From contig CAVUWD010000017.1 in NCBI GenBank assembly GCA_963745025.1, forward strand, positions 1 through 64,000: a DNA stretch of 64,000 nucleotides, read 5' to 3'. The translations under genes and the position numbers were made by a program. Under the pieces are notes generated by a model. That model was not told where the DNA came from. It searched no databases and saw only the letters and a list, made by a program, of their open reading frames with translations. Positions 20,992-31,112 of this stretch are shown here, in pieces (position 1 is the first letter of the stretch; each line of letters starts with the position of its first letter). Origin of the DNA: an uncultured delta proteobacterium (lineage in GTDB: Bacteria; Desulfobacterota; Binatia; JACPRU01).

Positions 20992-21597
20992 TCATGTGCC
21001 GAGGGCCCGGTGCTGCGTCTGGGCGCCGTTTCGTAGCGTCTCGGCCACCGAACGCGCCACTTGCGCAGAAACATCGTCGAGCGCCGCGCCGATGGCGCGC
21101 GCGAGTGAGCGCGGATCGTCGTCGGCGATCGCCGCCTCCGCGGTGAACGCGCGCTCCAGGAGGCGGTGCCCGCCGGCGTCGGTGAGCGACACGTCGACAG
21201 CCACGTTCGCGACGTGCGCCGGCGCCAGGACCTCGTCGAACGCCGTGACGTCCGCGTAGAGCGCGGGGACCCGTGTGTCGTCGGTCAGGCCAACGTCGGC
21301 TGTGCCGCGGAGCGCGGAGGCGAGCGCCCGCTCGACATAGGCCTCGGGCAGCTCGCTCCAGCGGCGCTGCTCGTACATCCCGTACTCGGCCGGCGTCCGC
21401 CACACGATCCGCTCACGCAAGAGCGGCCGCGCCCGAACGGCACGCAGACGAATCGCCGTCGCCGGTGCACCGGCGTCGACCGCGGGTTCCGACGAGAGCG
21501 CAACCGACTCCGGACGGAAGTACCGTGGGGGGTCGGATGCGCGGAACACGCAGCCCGCCAGAGCGGCGGACAGCAGCAGAATCCCCGGGCGGGTCAT
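20992..21597 (-). CDS. ABC-type transport auxiliary lipoprotein (PqiC-like)
   Basis: LAGC lipobox; YEQRRWSELP; last gene of the mla-like operon. Confidence 0.8.
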   Translation of the reverse strand: MTRPGILLLSAALAGCVFRASDPPRYFRPESVALSSEPAVDAGAPATAIRLRAVRARPLLRERIVWRTPAEYGMYEQRRWSELPEAYVERALASALRGTADVGLTDDTRVPALYADVTAFDEVLAPAHVANVAVDVSLTDAGGHRLLERAFTAEAAIADDDPRSLARAIGAALDDVSAQVARSVAETLRNGAQTQHRALGT

Positions 21598-22500
21598 CGC
21601 TGCGGCAGTTCATTGGGTTGCGTGTCCGCGCCCCGCCCGCGTACGAGGACGCTCGGGTCGCGCTCGACCTCATCGGCCAGCGTGCGGATCGACTCGAGCG
21701 TCTCGCGCAGCGCCACCAGGGCATCGCGCAGCTCGTGACGAACGTCGCCCACGTCCGCGGCGGCGCGCCCGATGCTCTCGGACGTATCACGAAACGAGGC
21801 CGTGGTCGTAGCGAGCTTGGCATCGTCGAGCGCGGTCTCGACGCGCCTCGCCGCGCCGCCGAGCCGGATGAGCAACGTGTTCAGCGCGCCGTCGTCGGCG
21901 CTCAGCTTGCCGCTCAGCTGTCCGATCGAGGCGAGCGTCTTGCGAAGATCGGCGGCCGCATCGACGATCCCGGTCTCGAGTGCCGGGAAGCGATTGAGAA
22001 TCTCGATCGCGGCCTCCTCGATGCTCTTCAGGGTCGAGGGAGCAGACGGTACGTAGTTCCACGGGGTGGGAAAGGTGAGAGTCGGTGGGGGATAGCGCGT
22101 TTCGTCGAAGAAGTCGGTCTGCAGGAAGCGCACGCCGGTGATGCCCGCCGAGGCGAGCTGCACGCGCAGACGCGGATCGATGAACAGCTCGCCGACCTTC
22201 GGCGCCGCCGCGAGGAGGCCGAGCCGCACCAGCGCGTCGACGTAGATATCGGAGGTCACCTGCACGTGACGATGGTCGGGCGCGATCGTGATGTCCGCGA
22301 CCGTGCCGACGGTGACGCCGCGGAACTTGACCGGCGAGCCGACGTCGAGCCCCTGCACCGACTCGTCGAAGTACGTGACCGCCTGGAACGCGTCGCGGTG
22401 AAAGCGGCGGGCGCCGATCCAGAAGAGCGTCGCAGACCATCGCGAGGATGGCCGCGACGACGAACAGCCCGAGCTTCCAGTGGTTGGTCGCGGTCGTCAT
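21594..22500 (-). CDS. MlaD/MCE family protein (frameshift near 22430)
   Basis: NHWKLGLFVV, QGLDVGSPVKFRGVTVG and ERDPSVLVRG. Confidence 0.82.
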
Positions 22501-23258
22501 CGTTTCACGCAACGCGCGGCTGGCGGTTGAAGAAGGCGCGCACGCGCGGGTCCTCGCTGCCGTCGCGCAGCGCGACGGGGTTGCCGCGGGCGATGATGCC
22601 ACGCGTGCCGCGGTCGACCATGATGCACTCGTTGGCGATCGCGAAGATGCTCGCCAGCTCGTGGGTGACGATCACCGTCGTCACGCCCAGGCTCTGGTTG
22701 AGGGTGACGATCAGCTCGTCGAGCTCGACCGAGGTGATCGGGTCGAGCCCGGCCGACGGCTCGTCGAGGAAGAGCAGCGGCGGAGTCGAGCGCCAGCGCC
22801 CGCGCGATCCCGGCCCGCTTCTTCATGCCGCCCGAGATCTCGGCCGGAAGGTGGTTCTCGAAGCCCTCGAGCCCGACCAGGCGGAGCTTGGCGCGCACGA
22901 TCGTGTCGATCGCTGCAGCGTCGAGGCTCGGTCCAGGTGCGCAGCGGCAGCGCGACGTTCTCGCGAGGGTCATCGAGCCGAAGAGCGCTCCTGACTGGAA
23001 GAGGACGCCGTAACGTGGCGCACCGCTCGTCCTGCCGCGGCGGCGCACCGCCCACTGCGGATGGTGCCCGCCATCGGCTCCTCGAGGCCGATCAGGTGGC
23101 GCAGCAGGGTCGACTTGCCGGAGCCGCTGCCGCCGAGGATCGCGAACACGTCCCCGGCGGGCGACGCTGAACGCGAGATCCTCGAGCACCGGCCGCCCGC
23201 CGTAGCCGATCGTCAGATGGTTTACCTCGATGATCGCGTCGTCACTTCCCGAAGACAT
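22497..23258 (-). CDS. MlaF-like ABC ATP-binding protein (several frameshifts)
   Basis: GGSGSGKSTLL, GVLFQSGALF, ISGGMKKRAGIARAL and DEPSAGLDP split across frames. Confidence 0.8.
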   Translation of the reverse strand: MSSGSDDAIIEVNHLTIGYGGRPVLEDLAFSVARRGRVRDPRRQRLRQVDPAAPPDRPRGADGGHHPQWAVRRRGRTSGAPRYGVLFQSGALFGSMTLARTSRCRCAPGPSLDAAAIDTIVRAKLRLVGLEGFENHLPAEISGGMKKRAGIARALALDSAAALPRRAVGRARPDHLGRARRADRHPQPEPGRDDGDRHPRAGEHLRDRQRVHHGRPRHAWHHRPRQPRRAARRQRGPARARLLQPPAARCVKR

Positions 23259-24399
23259 TGAAGACCACCGTGAAGATCGCGTCGACGACGACGATCGCGA
23301 ACAGGCTGGTCACCACGGCCGACGTCGTCGCGCGCCCGACGCCCTCGGCGCCGCCGCGCGTCGCGAGACCGCGCTGGCAGGCGATCAGCGCGACGTTGAG
23401 GCCGAAGAGCGACGGTCTTGATGCATCCCGACGACACGTCCCACAGCTCGACCGCCTTCTGCGTCTCGATCAGGTAGGCGTTGACCGTGAGGTCGAGGCT
23501 CAGCATCGCCACCAGCATGCCCGCCCGCGACTCCGACCAGGTCGGCGAGCATCGTGAGCAGCGGCAGGACGAGCACGAGCGCGAGCACGCGCGGGAAGAC
23601 CAGAAAATGAAAGGGATCGAGCCCGAGCGTCCGGAGCGCGTCGATCTCCTCCGACACCCTCATCGTGCCGAGCTCGGCCGAGAACGCCGCCCCCGAGCGG
23701 CCCGCGACGATGATCGCTGTCATCAGCGGCGCCAGCTCGCGCGTGATCGAGAGCCCCACCAGGTCGGCGACGAAGATGTTGGCGCCGAACTGCTTCAGCT
23801 GGATCGCGGCCTGGAAGGCCGTCACCAGCCCGACGAGGAAGTTGATCATCAGCACGATCGGCAGCCCGTCGGCGCCGGCACGCTCCATGAGGCGTGGCAC
23901 GTCGGCGCCAATTGACCACCCGCGGACGGCGCCACGCCTGGAGGCCCGCAACCACGAGGTCGCCGATGAAATCGAGGCCGTTGCTCTCGCCGAGGAGCGC
24001 TATCGTCTCCCGTCCGATCTGGTCGAGGATGCCGATCGGCTGTGGCGGCTCGCGCATGCTGGGCCGGGGCGCATGGGTGCCGTAGAGCTCGAGCATCGCG
24101 CGCACCGGCCCGCGCGCGCCCAAGACGTCCGAGGCCATCCCGGCGCGCAGCAGCTCGGCGCGCAGCTCGAGCAGGAGCGCCGTCGCCGCGCCGTCCAGGT
24201 GCTCGACGGCGGAGAGATCGAGGTCGACACGGGCCGCGGGCACGCGCGCCAGCTCTTGCACCTCGGCCCAAGAGCGGAAGCACTGGCGAAAGCGCAGCTC
24301 GCCCGTGAAGTGGAGCACCGCCCTCCCGTCGCCGACTTCGACACGCTCGACGTGATAGTCGGCAGCCGTCTCCCCGATCTTGCGAGTCTGCGTCGGCAC
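23242..24399 (-). CDS. MlaE-family permease with N-terminal STAS domain (frameshifts)
   Basis: DLSAVEHLDGA; RELAPLMTAIIVAGRSGAAFSAELGTMRVSEEIDAL; GAEGVGRATTSAVV. Confidence 0.82.
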
Positions 24400-24768
24400 C
24401 TTCGTGCTCCCTCGCGCAACGACCTCGGGTCGTCGCTGCCCGGTCCCGTAGCAGAGAGTCGGGCGTGTACCAACGCTTGAAGATGTTGTGGTCGACCTAG
24501 GTGCACCCATGCCGCGCTCCCCAATGTTGCAGGCAGCGTGCGAGGGCAGGTTGTCGCGCCGAGCCGCCGTTTGGTTGCGCCTGGCCATATTCATCGCTCG
24601 ACCTCTGTGACACGCTACACATCAGCCGAAGGGGGGCGGGCGCGAAGGCTACAGGACCTGTCATGTTTCCGCTCCTTGGAGCGTTGAGTTTGGTGCTCAT
24701 GCTCGGCAAGGTTAGCGAATCGGCCGGAACGGATCCGAGACTTTGGCCTTCAAGGGTAGAAAACCATT

Positions 24769-25038
24769 ATGACGACGACGACCGCGCCCTGTCCTCATCT
24801 CGATGACCCGGGGACCACGCCCCCGGCGAGCTCGGTCTGCGACGAGTGCGTCGCTCTCGGCGATCGTTGGGTCCATCTCCGCGCTTGCCTCACCTGCGGT
24901 CACGTCGGATGCTGCGACAGCTCGAAGAACAAGCACGCGACGGCACATTTCCAGTCGACCCGCCATCCCGTGATTCGCTCGCTGGAGCCCGGGGAATACT
25001 GGCTCTGGTGCAACGTCGACCAACTCGCCCTCGAGTGA
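24769..25038 (+). CDS. UBP-type zinc finger protein
   Basis: CPH, CDEC, WVHLRACLTCGHVGCCDSSKNKHATAH. Confidence 0.9.
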   Translation: MTTTTAPCPHLDDPGTTPPASSVCDECVALGDRWVHLRACLTCGHVGCCDSSKNKHATAHFQSTRHPVIRSLEPGEYWLWCNVDQLALE

Positions 25039-26660
25039 AGCTCACGGGCTCCCCGATCGCGCCCGGCCTCGGCATGGGCACGGTGTCGCTCGTCGGCGAC
25101 ATCCTCGAGTGTCGCCGTCCCTTGCGGCCGGCCGCGGCGCGCGACGCCGACGAAGAATGGGCGCGCGTCGAGACAGCCTTCGCCGCCACGCGCCGCGATC
25201 TCGCCGAAGCCGTGGGGCGCCTGGAGGCAGAGGTCGGCTCGGGGGTCGCCGACGTGTTCCGCGCCCACCAGATGATGCTCGATGGCATCTTGTCCTCGGG
25301 GGAGATTTTGGCGGAGCTCCACAGATCGGACCTGGATGCCGCGGGAGCCGTGCGTCGCGTCTTCCGGTCGCGGGCGCAGAAGTTCGAGGCTCTGCCCGAT
25401 CCGATCTTTCAACAGCGGGCGGACGACGTCGCCGATCTCGGCCGGCGGCTTCTTCGCCATCTCGAGGGCGATGATCCGTATCGGTTGGCGCGCGTGCCCG
25501 AAGGCGCCGTCGTCGCGGCTCGGCGCCTACTGCCGTCCGACGTGATCGCGCTCTCCGAGCGTCGCGTGGCGGCGATCCTGGTGGAGTCGGTCGGGCAGGC
25601 TTCGCACGCAGCGCTTCTAGCTCGCGAAAAGAGTATCCCGACGGTCGCGATCTCCGGCCTCCTCGAGCAACTCCGCGAAGGCGACGACGTGCTCGTCGAC
25701 GCATACGGCGGCGACGTAGTGATCGGTGCCGACGCGCCGGCGCGAACAGAATTCGGGCAGCGCGTGCTCGAATACCAAGCGCGGCTGGTCCGCTGCCGCA
25801 TCACATGCCACCAGGCCGCCCGCACGCTCGACGGGATCCTCGTCCGGGTCGAGGCGAATCTCGGCACCCGCCGCGACGTCGAGCTCGTTCTCGGCAACGG
25901 CGCAGACGGCGTCGGCCTCTTCCGAATCGAGCAGCTCTACCTCGGGCGCGAGCTACCGCCCACCGAGGACGAGCTCTACGAGGAGATGCAGGCGACCGTG
26001 TCGCCGCTCCGGGACAAGCCGCTGACGATCCGCCTCCTCGACGTCGGGGGTGACAAGCCGCTGCCGTTCCTGCGTCCGCCGAGCGCGGCGAACCCGTCCC
26101 TCGGTCTCCGCGGCATACGGCTCTTGCTGAGGCACCCGGCGCTGCTGAGGACTCAGCTCGCGGCGTTCATTCGCCTTTCCCGCGCGCAGGACGTCCGCGT
26201 GCTCGTGCCGATGGTCACGCTCGAAGACGACATTCGTACGACGCGGCAGCTCTTCGAGGAGGCTTGTGCCGCCCTCCGCGTCGAAAGCCGTCCCGCCTTC
26301 GGTGCGATGATCGAGACGCCCGCAGCCGCGCTGGCGATTCCGGCGATCGCGCGGCACGTCGATTTCCTCTCCGTCGGCACGAATGATCTCACGCAGTACA
26401 CGTTCGCGGCCGGCCGCGACGATCCGAACGTGAACGGATACTTCCAGGATGCGCACGCGTCGCTCCTCCGGCTGCTCGAGATCATCGTCGACGACGCGGC
26501 CGATCTCCCGCTCACGCTTTGCGGCGAGCTCGCCGGTCGCGAGGAGCTGTTGCCACGCCTCCTCGCGATCGGATTTCGCTCGTTGAGCATCGCGCCGCCG
26601 CTGATCCCGGCCATCAAGGACCGTATCCGGGCCGTTCGCATCAGGGATCTTCAATCGTGA
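25035..26660 (+). CDS. PEP-protein phosphotransferase (PTS enzyme I-like)
   Basis: SHAALLARE phospho-His, GADGVGLFRIE, IRLLDVGGDK, MIETP, SVGTNDLTQY and CGELA motifs. Confidence 0.92.
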   Translation: MKLTGSPIAPGLGMGTVSLVGDILECRRPLRPAAARDADEEWARVETAFAATRRDLAEAVGRLEAEVGSGVADVFRAHQMMLDGILSSGEILAELHRSDLDAAGAVRRVFRSRAQKFEALPDPIFQQRADDVADLGRRLLRHLEGDDPYRLARVPEGAVVAARRLLPSDVIALSERRVAAILVESVGQASHAALLAREKSIPTVAISGLLEQLREGDDVLVDAYGGDVVIGADAPARTEFGQRVLEYQARLVRCRITCHQAARTLDGILVRVEANLGTRRDVELVLGNGADGVGLFRIEQLYLGRELPPTEDELYEEMQATVSPLRDKPLTIRLLDVGGDKPLPFLRPPSAANPSLGLRGIRLLLRHPALLRTQLAAFIRLSRAQDVRVLVPMVTLEDDIRTTRQLFEEACAALRVESRPAFGAMIETPAAALAIPAIARHVDFLSVGTNDLTQYTFAAGRDDPNVNGYFQDAHASLLRLLEIIVDDAADLPLTLCGELAGREELLPRLLAIGFRSLSIAPPLIPAIKDRIRAVRIRDLQS

Positions 26661-26836
26661 GCAACCAGATGCAGCTCCGCGTTCTCCCTCGCTGCTGAGT
26701 CCGCAGCGCTCTTCTGAGCGCGGTGCTTCGCAAGACGATCCCTGGACGTGTTTGGCCCTTGGCTTAAGGCGCCAGAAGGGCTAACCGTCGCGGTCGCGGG
26801 CGAACGCGAGGAACACCCAAGCCGCGGAGGAACCAA

Positions 26837-27133
26837 ATGCCAACCCCGTGTGAGCACCTGGAAGGACTGACCCCTGCGGACTTCCCACCACCTCGAACGC
26901 CCGGTGCGTGCGAGGAATGCATCGCCGAGGGGACGGTCTGGGTAGCGCTCCGGGAGTGTCGCACGTGCGGTCACGTCGGTTGCTGCGACGATTCGCCGCA
27001 CCGCCACGCCGCCAAACACTTCCGGGCGACGCAGCATCCGGTCATGCGAGTCGTGCCGGGGGGCTTCACGTGGTGTTACGTCCACGAGGTCACGGGGACG
27101 CTCCCTCCGCCCAAGCCGACTTCATCGACGTGA
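26837..27133 (+). CDS. UBP-type zinc finger protein (second)
   Basis: CEH, CEEC, LRECRTCGHVGCCDDSPHRHA; GGAGG RBS. Confidence 0.9.
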   Translation: MPTPCEHLEGLTPADFPPPRTPGACEECIAEGTVWVALRECRTCGHVGCCDDSPHRHAAKHFRATQHPVMRVVPGGFTWCYVHEVTGTLPPPKPTSST

Positions 27134-27430
27134 CGATACCGCAGTTGCACAGCTCGGTGATCGAAGCGCGCCGGGAGCAGATGTTCCCGATTCTCGAGCC
27201 AGCCGAGATCGATCGGCTCCGCCGGTTCGGAGAGCTACGGTCGTACCCTGCGGGCGAGGCCCTCGTGAAGGTCGGCGAGGTCGGTCACGGACAGATCGTG
27301 GTCGTTGCGGGCGAGGTCGCCGTGAGTCGGCGGGACGAGCTTGGTCGACGGGACGCGATCGTCACGCATGGTCCAGGCGGCTTCTTTGGGGAGTTGTCAC
27401 AGCTGTCCGGACGGCCGGCACTGGTCGACG
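27130..27430 (+). pseudogene. N-terminal cNMP-binding domain of a thioredoxin-reductase-like gene, truncated
   Basis: QMFPILEPAEIDRLRRFG...HGPGGFFGELSQLSGRPALVD, then a junction. Confidence 0.75.
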
Positions 27431-27656
27431 AGGGTCCGTTCCTCTTCGCGCTCGTGTGTGCCGAGGTCATCGAGGCGAAAGGCTGCCGATTCACGCAGCC
27501 GTTCCACCAATGTTCGCGCGAAGGTCACAGGGCATCTCCGCGTGAGATCGATGTGTGCCTTCGGCAGACCGTGAGCAGGGGATGGCGCAGAAGCGACGAG
27601 TGGCGGTCTGTTCCTCCGGCGGGGCCCTGCGTGCCGGGCGGGTTTGGTGCTTTCCC

Positions 27657-27707
27657 CATCAGCGAGCCCGAGAGCAGGTACAACAGCACCAGCGGATGCA
27701 GCGTCCA
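27657..27707. repeat. 51-bp exact copy of 31145-31195 (pssA-like 3' region)
   Basis: CATCAGCGAGCCCGAGAGCAGGTACAACAGCACCAGCGGATGCAGCGTCCA at both sites. Confidence 0.9.
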
Positions 27708-28188
27708 CAGCGTTAAAGGCGACGAGCTTCGCCACGATCACGTGTTCGTACAGGACCGATACAGCACCGACCCAGGACAGGACCACGGCGGCCCGGCATA
27801 GCCGCCCCTCGAAGCAGCTAATCGCCTCCTGAACGAACGCTTTAGTGTCGGCGTCTTTGATCTTGACGAGTTCGGCGCGCAGCGTTGACGCGACCGGCGG
27901 AGGCGAGGAGGCGATGTACGGACCCGCGAGCTCCGATACAGCTTTTTTGCCAGCCGCATTTAGCTCCCACCCATTGTCGGTCCGGACCGCCCCACCTTTC
28001 GACCTGCTGAGGAGCAGCGACACGTTCCAGTTCTTGACGGAGTGCAATCCGCCGGCGCGGGCAATCTTGCGAATCTCGGAAACGCTTTTTGCCTTCGCCC
28101 CGTCGACGGCGAGGCACAGCAAGAGCTTCTGCGTTTTCGACAACACTCCTTGGTGAAGGAGGTCCTTCAGATAGAGCGCGTCAAGCAA
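27708..28188 (-). pseudogene. Hypothetical wHTH + HEPN-like helical protein, 3'-truncated
   Basis: FVQEAISCFEGRLCRAAVVLSWVGAVSVL resembles a HEPN N-terminal helix; cut by the 51-bp insert. Confidence 0.5.
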
Positions 28189-28660
28189 TCTTCTTCCTCA
28201 GTTCGGCACGTGCGTTCGCGGGTACGGAATAACGACCCGCGGCCTCCTCGACGAGCTGTCGGTCCTTCACGAGATTTTTCAGATAGCTGCTCAAGTTATC
28301 GCGGTAGGTCTTCCTATAGTAGCCCGACGCGGACTTCATTTCGTCGAGCAGCTGCTTCCGCGTGAACGACTCCTGCTTCGAGACAAACGTCAATCGCGCT
28401 GCCGCGGCCATAATGAGGCCCGAACCTGAGCCTGCGCCGAGCTTCGCAGCGATGCTCCCCGTCGTTCCCTTCATTTTCGCTGCCGCGCTGGTGGGGGCCA
28501 CGGCGGACAAGTCTCCTTCCTCATCCGGCGTTGTGGCGGAGGTCCGGTAAAGCTTCGCGACCGCGGCGAGCAGTTCCGGAAGCTCCTTCTTTAGGAATTC
28601 TTCCGTGCCCTCGTACTCGACCTCCACCGCGCCGATCTTGATGCGAATTTTGCTCGACAT
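28181..28660 (-). CDS. Hypothetical protein (possible C-terminal wHTH)
   Basis: 159-aa ORF with GGAGG RBS; overlaps the next gene's start. Confidence 0.75.
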   Translation of the reverse strand: MSSKIRIKIGAVEVEYEGTEEFLKKELPELLAAVAKLYRTSATTPDEEGDLSAVAPTSAAAKMKGTTGSIAAKLGAGSGSGLIMAAAARLTFVSKQESFTRKQLLDEMKSASGYYRKTYRDNLSSYLKNLVKDRQLVEEAAGRYSVPANARAELRKKIA

Positions 28661-28679
28661 TGTTCCTCCCCCTTCTACG

Positions 28680-29460
28680 TCACTGGCCGCTTGCTTGCGC
28701 GCGGCGCGAGCGGAGCTTCGATCCGAGTTCCCGCTTCACCGCGAAGTGCACGTGGTAACGTTGCATTGCGACGGCCGTGAGCGCTTCGTCCGAATACGCG
28801 CGCTCGACGTCCTGCGGCGACCACGTCTTGCTGTTCCTCAGAGCCTGGACGCCGATCACGGCTTCGACCAGCGCCTGCTCGAACCACTGTCGCACCGCCT
28901 CGCGTGCGAGGTCCGCTACGCCGGGTACACCGCCGAATTCCTTGGTGAAATACGCTGTCATGTCGATGAACGCGCGGAAGTCGGCGTTGATGAAAAGCAG
29001 GTTCTGCTCCGCGAGGTACTTCGCCGCGCGGTCTTCGATGTCGCCGGGCGCGCGTGAGCCGTCGGTCACCGTGACCCAACTCACCTGCGGGAACGGATCG
29101 GGCTTCACCCGTCGTCCGGGGACGCCGTCCTTATTCTCGAAGACCGCGTAGACGTTTCCCGCCGTCCCAGCGCCGGACGCCGAACGCCCGACGCCGCCCG
29201 CTCTCGTCTGTCGCGCCGCTCCCGGTTGTCCACCGCGCGCGAGGGTCTCGGGGTCGATCATCACATCGCCATCAGGCGTCACGCGGTAGCGGCTCAGTTT
29301 GAACAGATCGAGGATTTCCTTCAGCCGCTCGCGGATCGCCTTCTCGTGATCGGTGTTTGCAGCGGCCGCGGCTTTCGAATTGACGAACTCCACCAGCTCG
29401 TCGGGCAGGTTTTCGCGAAACTCGGCAGCCCAGTCCGCCCATGGGAGCGGCTGCCGACCG
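28680..29460 (-). pseudogene. C-terminal part of a large hypothetical protein
   Basis: Protein-like composition from QPLPWADWAAEF; 5' end replaced by a DZR fragment. Confidence 0.65.
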
Positions 29461-29461
29461 A

Positions 29462-29712
29462 TCATCGCCCTCGAGGGCGGCGCGGGAGGTGAGGATCTTC
29501 TCGGCGAGGTGGTGAGGGGTGTGGGAGCGCGGGTCACGTGTCGCCGAAGTCTTCGGCAAGCCGGCGAGGTTCTTGCCGCACTCGCCGCAGAACCGCTCTC
29601 CCGGTTCCGAGCTGGCGCCGCACGATGGGCAGGCAAGCTCGAAACTGGCGCCGCAATGGGCGCAGAACCTTCGGCCGGCTCGATTCTCCCGGCCACACTT
29701 TGAGCAACGCAT
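29462..29712 (-). pseudogene. DZR N-terminal fragment of a cyclase-ATPase paralogue
   Basis: MRCSKCG...FCGECG...HTPHHLAEKILTSRAALEG. Confidence 0.85.
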
Positions 29713-29981
29713 CGTTAGCGCCGGCCGTGGTCAGGCAGGCGAGCCCTGAAGACCAATTGGCGATAGTCCCTTCGGGCCTCTTCTCGCAAGCGAAACCCGC
29801 GTGACACGAGGTTTGTCAATGCGCTGGAACCTAGGATAGGGTTCCACGTGTTCAAAGGCCATCCGGAAGGCTTCTACAAACGTAGGGACTGTATCCGGAA
29901 CGCTGTTGGGAGCATCGAACCGGGAAATGCCGGCCGGCGGATACACCGCAGGGCCGAGACTCGAACGAGGAGGATCGAGAG

Positions 29982-30248
29982 ATGAAGAGCTCGCTCAAAG
30001 GAGTACTGATCGCGGCGGCGGTCGCCGGCTTGTTCGCAGCCAACGCTTCGCGGGCGGCTGACGACACCATCAAGAACGAGGCCGATACGGTGAAGTGCTC
30101 CGGCATCAACGCCTGCAAGGGCCAAGGTTCCTGCGCCGGTGCCGGCCACGAGTGCGCCGGCAAGAACGCGTGCAAGGGCCAAGGGTTTGTCAAGGTTTCG
30201 TCGGCCAGGGCCTGCACCGACAAGGGCGGGAAAATCAACGAGAACTAG
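29982..30248 (+). CDS. Secreted Cys-rich bufferin-type precursor (BufA2-like)
   Basis: Signal peptide, then C.GINACKGQGSC...HECAGKNACKGQG...C..KGG. Confidence 0.75.
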   Translation: MKSSLKGVLIAAAVAGLFAANASRAADDTIKNEADTVKCSGINACKGQGSCAGAGHECAGKNACKGQGFVKVSSARACTDKGGKINEN

Positions 30249-30300
30249 CCTTCTGGGGCGCCGGCACGGCGCGGAGCAAGGCGGAGGCGAGGGCCAGCCC

Positions 30301-30360
30301 AACGCGGAACCGGCGACGAACGCGGAACCGGCGACGAACCCGGAACCGGCGACGAACCCG
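30301..30360. repeat. 18-bp tandem repeat, about 3.3 units
   Basis: AAC(G/C)CGGAACCGGCGACG x3. Confidence 0.85.
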
Positions 30361-30517
30361 GCGAAGTGACGGCCCGAGCGAGGGCGCCGTCAGACGTTCG
30401 CCCCGCGAGGAAGCTCATCACGTCGCGCGCCTCGAAGTAGAGGGTCGAGTACTGCAAGAGGCGCGGGAAGAGACTCCTCGCCGTCGCAGTACTCCATGAC
30501 AAATGCCGCATGGCACT

Positions 30518-30860
30518 CTAGAGCCCTGGTATCGCGGCGTTTCTCCGCCACGGTGGAACCACGCCGATGACTGCGAACGATCGCTCGATCGCTTCCAGCG
30601 TGCCCCAATCGCTCCAGCCGAGGTCGTCGGCACGCGTGACTACCAAATGCTCGGGTATGTGTGAGAGAAACTCATGGGAGAAGTTCCACGCCTGCAGGCG
30701 GTCGTACACGGTGGCAAGGGCCGCAAGGTCGAGGGCGGGTCTTCGAGCAGCGCGACGTCGGTGGGACGGAGGGCGCGGAGCAGCTCCAGCACTCGGCGCA
30801 CGCGAGCGACCATCACGAGCGAGTTCCAAAGGGCGCCCGCGTCGAGGGCTTCGCCAAAGT
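30518..30860 (-). pseudogene. C-terminal fragment of mannose-1-phosphate guanylyltransferase-like gene
   Basis: LWNSLVMVAR / NFSHEFL...DLGWSDWGT; frameshifted. Confidence 0.7.
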
Positions 30861-31054
30861 TGCTATGCCGTGCCGCCGCCTTGCAACCAGTCATCACGCC
30901 TGGGGGATAGGCCACAAGCGACCGAGTTGACGTTAGGCTACGATATCAGACTGCCGGCTCTACAGCCCGCTTTGACGGACGCTGACCCGCGGCGAATTTT
31001 GTGGGCGTTGATGTCTCAGAAACGTCTGACTCTGGTGCACGACTGAGCGGGGTC

Positions 31055-31112
31055 TCTCGAGCGTCGCTTCGTCGGCGGCGCGGCAACGCAATGACAATTC
31101 CAGGAAGGGCAT
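31055..31112 (-). pseudogene. 5' fragment of a probable L11 methyltransferase (PrmA-like)
   Basis: MPFLELSLRCR start coupled by TAATG to the upstream gene. Confidence 0.4.
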
